A model generated the notes under the pieces. That model was not told where the DNA came from. It saw only the letters and a program-made list of their open reading frames with translations, and made no database searches. Below are positions 58,244 to 64,000 of a stretch of 64,000 bases of DNA, in pieces. Position 1 is the stretch's first letter. The number at the start of each line of letters is the position of its first letter. Origin of the DNA: Desulfatiglandales bacterium (GTDB lineage Bacteria; Desulfobacterota; DSM-4660; Desulfatiglandales; HGW-15); the NCBI GenBank assembly GCA_963667015.2, contig CAXXJJ010000004.1, forward strand, positions 3,488,001 to 3,552,000, written 5' to 3'. The translations under genes were made by a program, and so were the position numbers.

Positions 58244-61200
58244 ATGAACATGAATTGTTATTGTAATACAAAAAAAATAATCTGTCTCTTCGCCCTTATT
58301 ATTATGCTTTTTTTTGTACCTGATATTTCTTTTTCCGAGCAAGACAGATACGAAACACGCTCTCTATACGACACAGTAATGGAACAGGGTATTTTTTCAA
58401 TAAATGTTCAACCTGTCTCCAACTTACCTCCTGCAGGAACCATCCCAATAGATAATTTGATCAGACAGATATCTGAGCAAGACAGCTTTGTTACCTTCCC
58501 TGACGCTGAAGCTGCATTCAAGCAACAGCGACTGAATTTTTTAAAGAAAAACCGGTCAACTTTTTTGAAATGGCCAAAAGATGCGATAACAAGGCTGGAT
58601 AACTACGCTGTTGAATATAAAGGAAGTCTTGAGGCACTAAATGACTTACAAGTTTTGGCGGAGATTATTAAATGTCATCAGAATGGAGGCACACCTGGAC
58701 AATGTGCGCAGCAGGCAGGCACAGACGCTTTAATGCGTATGGCTGGGGGTAAAGCTATTACGTATCTGGGACTTGGAAGTTTGGCGACATTCGGTGCGCT
58801 GGCAATTGCAGATTATGAGGCAGTAGTTAACACAGTAAAACTATATAATGAAGCTACAGGCTTAATTGAAGATGAAAAAACGGCAGAAAAACAGAGAATA
58901 GATCGCATGGCCATGGGGGCAGACGTGGGGTTGATGAGATCCTACCTGGAGTTAATGCTGGTAAGATACGAACAAAATCAAAACATAGCAGGAGATCTTC
59001 TGATTAAATTCTGGGAGGATGCTGAGGATCAGTCTAAAAAACTAAACACCGCCATAGACCAATTCACTGGAACCTGGAAAGAGATCGAGAACAAAAACTA
59101 CCCTCATCAGTTACAAAACAATTGTGAGAAGAGTTGTAACCTTGATGAAAATTGCAGCGCTTTAATAAGCTCCTACACTGCCTTAACAGGTAACTCCCTT
59201 CCAGAAACGAGGGAAAACACTTCTTCTTTGACAAATGAATTCCAGATGGTCTTGAATGGCAACTTTGAACAAAATTGTATAGAGCGTTCAGATGATATCA
59301 AGAATAAAATAGAGCCCATTATTCAAAAGAAAGTTGATCCCCTTCACAAATGGTATAAAAGTCTTGATGTCTGTATCACCCATGCAAGACAAGCCCATGA
59401 GAAATACTTATCAAATCAAAAAAATTATCTTCAGGACAATCAAACTTTAAATCAGCGCTTTGAACAGCAACTGGCCGAACGATACGGGAAGGACAGTGAC
59501 AAATATAAAGAAGGAATGGCCTACCTGGATCAAATCAGAAATCAGATTAAAACATATCAACCCCGGGGCCTTAAAGGGAATATGGAATATATACTCAGGC
59601 GGCTGGATACAATTGCAGAAGACTTTAAATTTATAAAAAATAGACTGGTTAAAGTTTTTGATGTCATTGAAACTCATATTGAGGTGATAAATAAAGTTGA
59701 AAAAGATTTCAAGTCAACTGCTCAACTAAAATCAGAAGAGTTGGCCAACAAGTTCGAAACCTGCGCTAATGACATGATTTCCAATCAAACAGCAAACCTT
59801 GCCGAAGAAAATACTGTCCCTCAGCAGCTTGCTGAAATCGACCAGAAATTAAACTTTGCAGCAACCTTGTCTGAAAATATTAAAAACGAATGTAATTCCA
59901 CTAAGGGAATGGTAGATGCACTGGTTTCCAGGGCTGCTTCCAACCAAAAAGAGCTGATTGCGATCGAAGCCGGGCTGGTTGATCTGTTTAATAAATCAGG
60001 GGACTTTAAAAAAGCTGAACAAGGTATCAAAACAGAGCATGCCAGCATTGAGAAGCAGGTGGAAAAGGCAGCTGAAATCACCCATGAACTTGAGGCGCTG
60101 AGCCGGGAAATCTGTGAAAAGACCATGGAGCTCAACGACTACACAAGGTCTGATGTAGTTCATCAACAAAATCACAAATGGATAAGGGATCAAAAAACAA
60201 AATTAAAATCACTCCTTGATGCAATTCAACTGATTGTAACTAATGCAAGGGTTACGCATGCTGCGCGAGGAATTCAAACGGATCAAGGTGCATCACCGGG
60301 CGACAGATCAGGGCAAAAAATAGAACAGGATCTTGAAAAAATAGCTGGCAATATAAGTGCTGTAAAAGATTCACTGCTTAATGCAAACTCAATATTGTCA
60401 GGTATAAAAGAAAAATCAACACAAGCAGTATCGATAAAGAATTTTTCACTGGCTGAGCTGGAAAAACTTAAAAATTACATCGACGCCCTGCCTAAGACCG
60501 ATTCTGTCAGGCAGATGAAAATAAAATATGACGATTTAAGTCAGAAAGCCGGTTCTATTCAAACCAATGATTGCGTTAATACCCTCTCAGGTGATCTTAT
60601 TAATGTGATTATAAGTTTTAAAAAGGATGAAGAGCTGCTTCCTAAAATAAACGCATTTTATAAAACCCAGAAACAGCAACTGCTTAAAAATGATTCAATA
60701 CAAAAAAGTATCCAGAACACAGTTCAGGATATTTCATACCTGGTTGATCTGTCAGAAGCATATCTTGAAAGGGCTGGGAATGGGGCTAAAGACGGGGCGC
60801 TCTGCACTGTTCTGGCTGATGATATTATGAAAAAGGAGTTTGTGCCCAGGGTTGTGGAAATGAAGGTCGGCCTGGCCGAATCAGCACTTTCCAATAAAGG
60901 ATTTCGTACCATAAAAATAAAAGACAAAAAGTTGTCTTCCGGTAAATTACCCTTTCATGTGACAAAACAGGTCCCGGACCATACAAAAAGAAGAGCCCTG
61001 GGAAGTAAGGTTGAGGTTTATTATTATGATGAATCCTCTGATCAAGTAAATGAATCTTTGAACGTAGAAACCGTAGAACTGGATTGCAGTCATTTGCCCG
61101 GCTCTCAAGAGATGGTTATTTTTGACACAGGAGAAAGACTTTGTGATTGTCCTCCCACAAAAACCTGGAATGCGGATTTTACCGCCTGCATTGATAAAAG

Positions 61201-62185
61201 CAACGCATTGCCCAGTCAAGATGAGATGCAAAAAGCCCGTCAGGACCTTTTCCTGTCCATGAAAAACTGCAGTCAATTCCCCGGGACAGAGCCTGTATGG
61301 GACACGCAAAAAGACGAGGCCGTCTGTGCCTGTAAAAATGGACTTATTTTAAATGCCAGCGGAAACGGTTGTATTACGCCCCAGCAGGCAGCCATGCAAA
61401 ATATAGATTGTTCGCCTTTCCCCAATACTACACCTGTCTGGAACCAGGCACAGCAAAAAGCGGTTTGTACTTGTATCCAGGGGACGGTATTGAATAGAAA
61501 CGGTAACGGGTGCATTGACCAGAGAGAATTTGTCCTGATGAATACAGATTGTTCAAGATTTCCCGGGACATTTCCCGAATGGAATTACCAGAACAATCAG
61601 CCTATGTGCAGCTGCCTGAGCGGGAGCCATTGGGATGATATTAGCGGAGGGTGTGTGAGTGATACTAAAAATGAATACCTGTTAGACTGTTCTGCCTGGG
61701 CCAATACACTTCCCGGATGGAATCTTCAAACCCAGAAACTTGAGTGCATGTGCATGTCGCCAAATATCATAGATCAAGGAACTGGTGAATGTATCAGCTG
61801 GGTAGATGCTTTGATCGAGCCACAAAATCCTCCCGATAATAATGGTACGAATCCGCCACCCCCTTCTACAATTAAGCAGGGCCAGTGCAATGAAGCAAGA
61901 AAAGCCGGAAGGAATGAGCCTGAACGGCATGTCATTAATATCGGTAGCTTTGCCGGTCAATTTATTTTTGAATATAAAACATTTACAGAACCAGATATGA
62001 TTAAAGTATCCCAACCCGATGGAAGGGTCTTGTTTCAAACGGGATGCGTCGGTTCTGGAAATGGATGGACACCAGTAACGATTAATTTTTCAGGATACTC
62101 GTCTGAAATCATCGTTGATGTCTACCCGAACTGCGCTGGAGGTACCAATACCCAATGGGAATTTAAGGTATCCTGTCCAAATTAA
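58244..62185 (+). CDS. Large secreted protein: coiled coil, PASTA-like domain, five Cys-rich repeats, C-terminal beta domain
   Basis: Signal peptide; VPRVVEM...VTKQVP...GSKVEV; repeats CS.FP.T.P.W...CxC...C. Confidence 0.75.
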   Translation: MNMNCYCNTKKIICLFALIIMLFFVPDISFSEQDRYETRSLYDTVMEQGIFSINVQPVSNLPPAGTIPIDNLIRQISEQDSFVTFPDAEAAFKQQRLNFLKKNRSTFLKWPKDAITRLDNYAVEYKGSLEALNDLQVLAEIIKCHQNGGTPGQCAQQAGTDALMRMAGGKAITYLGLGSLATFGALAIADYEAVVNTVKLYNEATGLIEDEKTAEKQRIDRMAMGADVGLMRSYLELMLVRYEQNQNIAGDLLIKFWEDAEDQSKKLNTAIDQFTGTWKEIENKNYPHQLQNNCEKSCNLDENCSALISSYTALTGNSLPETRENTSSLTNEFQMVLNGNFEQNCIERSDDIKNKIEPIIQKKVDPLHKWYKSLDVCITHARQAHEKYLSNQKNYLQDNQTLNQRFEQQLAERYGKDSDKYKEGMAYLDQIRNQIKTYQPRGLKGNMEYILRRLDTIAEDFKFIKNRLVKVFDVIETHIEVINKVEKDFKSTAQLKSEELANKFETCANDMISNQTANLAEENTVPQQLAEIDQKLNFAATLSENIKNECNSTKGMVDALVSRAASNQKELIAIEAGLVDLFNKSGDFKKAEQGIKTEHASIEKQVEKAAEITHELEALSREICEKTMELNDYTRSDVVHQQNHKWIRDQKTKLKSLLDAIQLIVTNARVTHAARGIQTDQGASPGDRSGQKIEQDLEKIAGNISAVKDSLLNANSILSGIKEKSTQAVSIKNFSLAELEKLKNYIDALPKTDSVRQMKIKYDDLSQKAGSIQTNDCVNTLSGDLINVIISFKKDEELLPKINAFYKTQKQQLLKNDSIQKSIQNTVQDISYLVDLSEAYLERAGNGAKDGALCTVLADDIMKKEFVPRVVEMKVGLAESALSNKGFRTIKIKDKKLSSGKLPFHVTKQVPDHTKRRALGSKVEVYYYDESSDQVNESLNVETVELDCSHLPGSQEMVIFDTGERLCDCPPTKTWNADFTACIDKSNALPSQDEMQKARQDLFLSMKNCSQFPGTEPVWDTQKDEAVCACKNGLILNASGNGCITPQQAAMQNIDCSPFPNTTPVWNQAQQKAVCTCIQGTVLNRNGNGCIDQREFVLMNTDCSRFPGTFPEWNYQNNQPMCSCLSGSHWDDISGGCVSDTKNEYLLDCSAWANTLPGWNLQTQKLECMCMSPNIIDQGTGECISWVDALIEPQNPPDNNGTNPPPPSTIKQGQCNEARKAGRNEPERHVINIGSFAGQFIFEYKTFTEPDMIKVSQPDGRVLFQTGCVGSGNGWTPVTINFSGYSSEIIVDVYPNCAGGTNTQWEFKVSCPN

Positions 62186-62202
62186 AATAGAAAAGGAGAA
62201 CC

Positions 62203-63489
62203 ATGAAACGCGTAAATATAATCATTTGCATAATGATCAGTTTGATCATGCTGCCCTCTGCAGCCACCTGTTATGATGGGATTATTCTCAAAATTGAATC
62301 TTCCGGCATAATTGTTAAAATTGAGCAGCCGGATGGAGATCTTGTCGGTGCAGTGCTGGACATGACATATAAAGCGGGCTTTCTGCCAATGGACATGGGC
62401 CGATATAAAGTCCGCTCAATTGCATCAGGAGTAGCACAACTGGATGTTATTTCTACCAGCACACCCCTAGACAAGGGAATGAAAGTTATTTTGGACAGGG
62501 TAGGAAAATCAAACAGTCTAGGCAAAATCCAGGAAAACAACATAATCGGCAAGGTAGTAGAAACGAAAAATGATAATGTCAAAATTGAAATTTCATCCTC
62601 CAGCAAAATTAACATCGGGAGCAGAGTAGACCTTTACTATAAAACTTCAGCCGGACAGGATATGAATTTCGGCCAGTGGAAAGTGACACAATCAAGAGGT
62701 CAATATCTCATGGCCGAACCGGTTGATATGACCAGCCCTCCAATGGCAGGGCTTGAGGCAAGAATCACGGTTAGACATGAACAGGAAACAAATATGGACC
62801 TGCCCGACGATGGGGAACTTGTTCGTAAAAGAGATCCCGGCATTATCTTTACAGATCCATATAAAGAACTCGACCAACTGGAGAAAAAAGAACCCTTGGA
62901 ACTACTTGGGGTTCCTTTCCCTGAAAAAACAGCAGAAGAGCATGCCATTTCCGGAGATAAGTACTATTTCTCCAAGAATTATGAGATGGCCTTTGGAGAA
63001 TACAGCAAGGCCGCTCAAATGGGGCATGCGGGTGCCCAAAGACAGGTAGGGACTATGTATCACTTTGGCCAATATATCCAGAAAGATTATGTAAAAGCTT
63101 TTGAATGGTATGAAAAATCAGCTCAGCAGAATAATCCCCTGGGGATATTCAGTTATGGAAATGCTATCGCCAAAGGCCAGGGCACAACAAAAGACCTTAA
63201 AAAAGCCCACGATCTATTCTTAAAGGCGGCAAACATGGGACAAGCGGAAGCGCAATACAGCCTTGGAGTCCTTTACTATCAAGGACTTGGTGTTAATAAA
63301 GATTATTCAAAGGCCCTTGAATGGTTTAAAATGTCCTCAACCCAAAATATTGTGGATGCGTTTTATGCTCTCGGAACAATGCATGAGCTTGGACAAGGAA
63401 TTCAAAAGGATCAAAATAAAGCAATGTCATATTATAAAAAAGCAGCTGACCTGGGGCATGATAAGGCTAAACAAAAATTAAAAAAATAG
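62203..63489 (+). CDS. Secreted Sel1-repeat protein
   Basis: Signal peptide; repeats AQYSLGVLYYQGLGVNKDYSKALEWF. Confidence 0.88.
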   Translation: MKRVNIIICIMISLIMLPSAATCYDGIILKIESSGIIVKIEQPDGDLVGAVLDMTYKAGFLPMDMGRYKVRSIASGVAQLDVISTSTPLDKGMKVILDRVGKSNSLGKIQENNIIGKVVETKNDNVKIEISSSSKINIGSRVDLYYKTSAGQDMNFGQWKVTQSRGQYLMAEPVDMTSPPMAGLEARITVRHEQETNMDLPDDGELVRKRDPGIIFTDPYKELDQLEKKEPLELLGVPFPEKTAEEHAISGDKYYFSKNYEMAFGEYSKAAQMGHAGAQRQVGTMYHFGQYIQKDYVKAFEWYEKSAQQNNPLGIFSYGNAIAKGQGTTKDLKKAHDLFLKAANMGQAEAQYSLGVLYYQGLGVNKDYSKALEWFKMSSTQNIVDAFYALGTMHELGQGIQKDQNKAMSYYKKAADLGHDKAKQKLKK

Positions 63490-63498
63490 AGCATTAAC

Positions 63499-63867
63499 AT
63501 GTCAATAAAGAAAAAGACAAAAAAACTGATAAAGAATTTCGGGTTCGTATATTTTATTGGCAATATTGTTATTCTTGCGGTTATGGTAATGTTTGCGATA
63601 AATGCCTGGATGAGCACAGGGATGTCTCCCGGATATCTTGTATCTGTACTGCCACTCACTGGTATTTTCGCTGGATACTGGCTCCGCAAGAGCCAATTTG
63701 GCTGGTGGCGATGTTTGATAATAGTAATTAATTTGATACTTACAGCCTCCATACTTTTTTCTGCTGTATTTATTGCTCCTCAATTAGAAAAAACCAAGCA
63801 GATAAAATATGAAAGTCTTCAAAAATCTCTATCACATGATTCTCCGGTAAAAGAGATTAAAGAATAA
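63499..63867 (+). CDS. Hypothetical membrane protein (about 3 TM)
   Basis: Three hydrophobic segments; 9 nt after the Sel1 gene. Confidence 0.65.
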   Translation: MSIKKKTKKLIKNFGFVYFIGNIVILAVMVMFAINAWMSTGMSPGYLVSVLPLTGIFAGYWLRKSQFGWWRCLIIVINLILTASILFSAVFIAPQLEKTKQIKYESLQKSLSHDSPVKEIKE

Positions 63868-64000
63868 GGTTCTTCTCCCAATTAGTTGAGAGAAAGTGGT
63901 CAGGGATTCAAGGAGTCAAGTGTTTGCTTATTGAATGCTTTTTAATAGTTTTGCCCTCTATAAGTTTAATAACAAATTATTCTTTTTTCTATTAAACAAC

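Overview
This is a bacterial chromosomal window; gene content (IspH-UbiA fusion, split GlmU, thiolase/DUF35 pair, glycyl radical enzyme) suggests an anaerobic Desulfobacterota-like organism (inference). A housekeeping backbone (fabH, glmM, glmU-like, thiolase/DUF35, prmA, dusB, ispH-ubiA, Mla/MCE transporter, rmuC, dnaJ-like, glycyl radical enzyme, recQ, hybrid kinase) is interrupted by three accessory zones. (1) A hotspot downstream of prmA (about 13.6-30.8 kb). It holds an Opp-type ABC operon bounded by a decayed, diverged second copy of the prmA 3' end. Next is an AT-rich tandem DUF262 (GmrSD-like) pair flanked by 33-bp direct repeats. Then come two genes with integron-cassette core-site signatures (a DUF3883 nuclease and a stand-alone HD-domain protein), with no integron integrase in the window. 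The zone ends with a five-gene RIT-like element. (2) A TA/defence cluster at 52.3-57.4 kb (XRE-ImmA + PIN, AbiEi/AbiEii, internally deleted AAA_14 ATPase), each unit with a palindromic operator candidate. (3) A secreted-protein cluster from 57.9 kb, including a 1313-aa coiled-coil/PASTA/Cys-repeat protein. No rRNA, tRNA or CRISPR array was recognised. All family assignments come from motif recognition by eye, not database searches.
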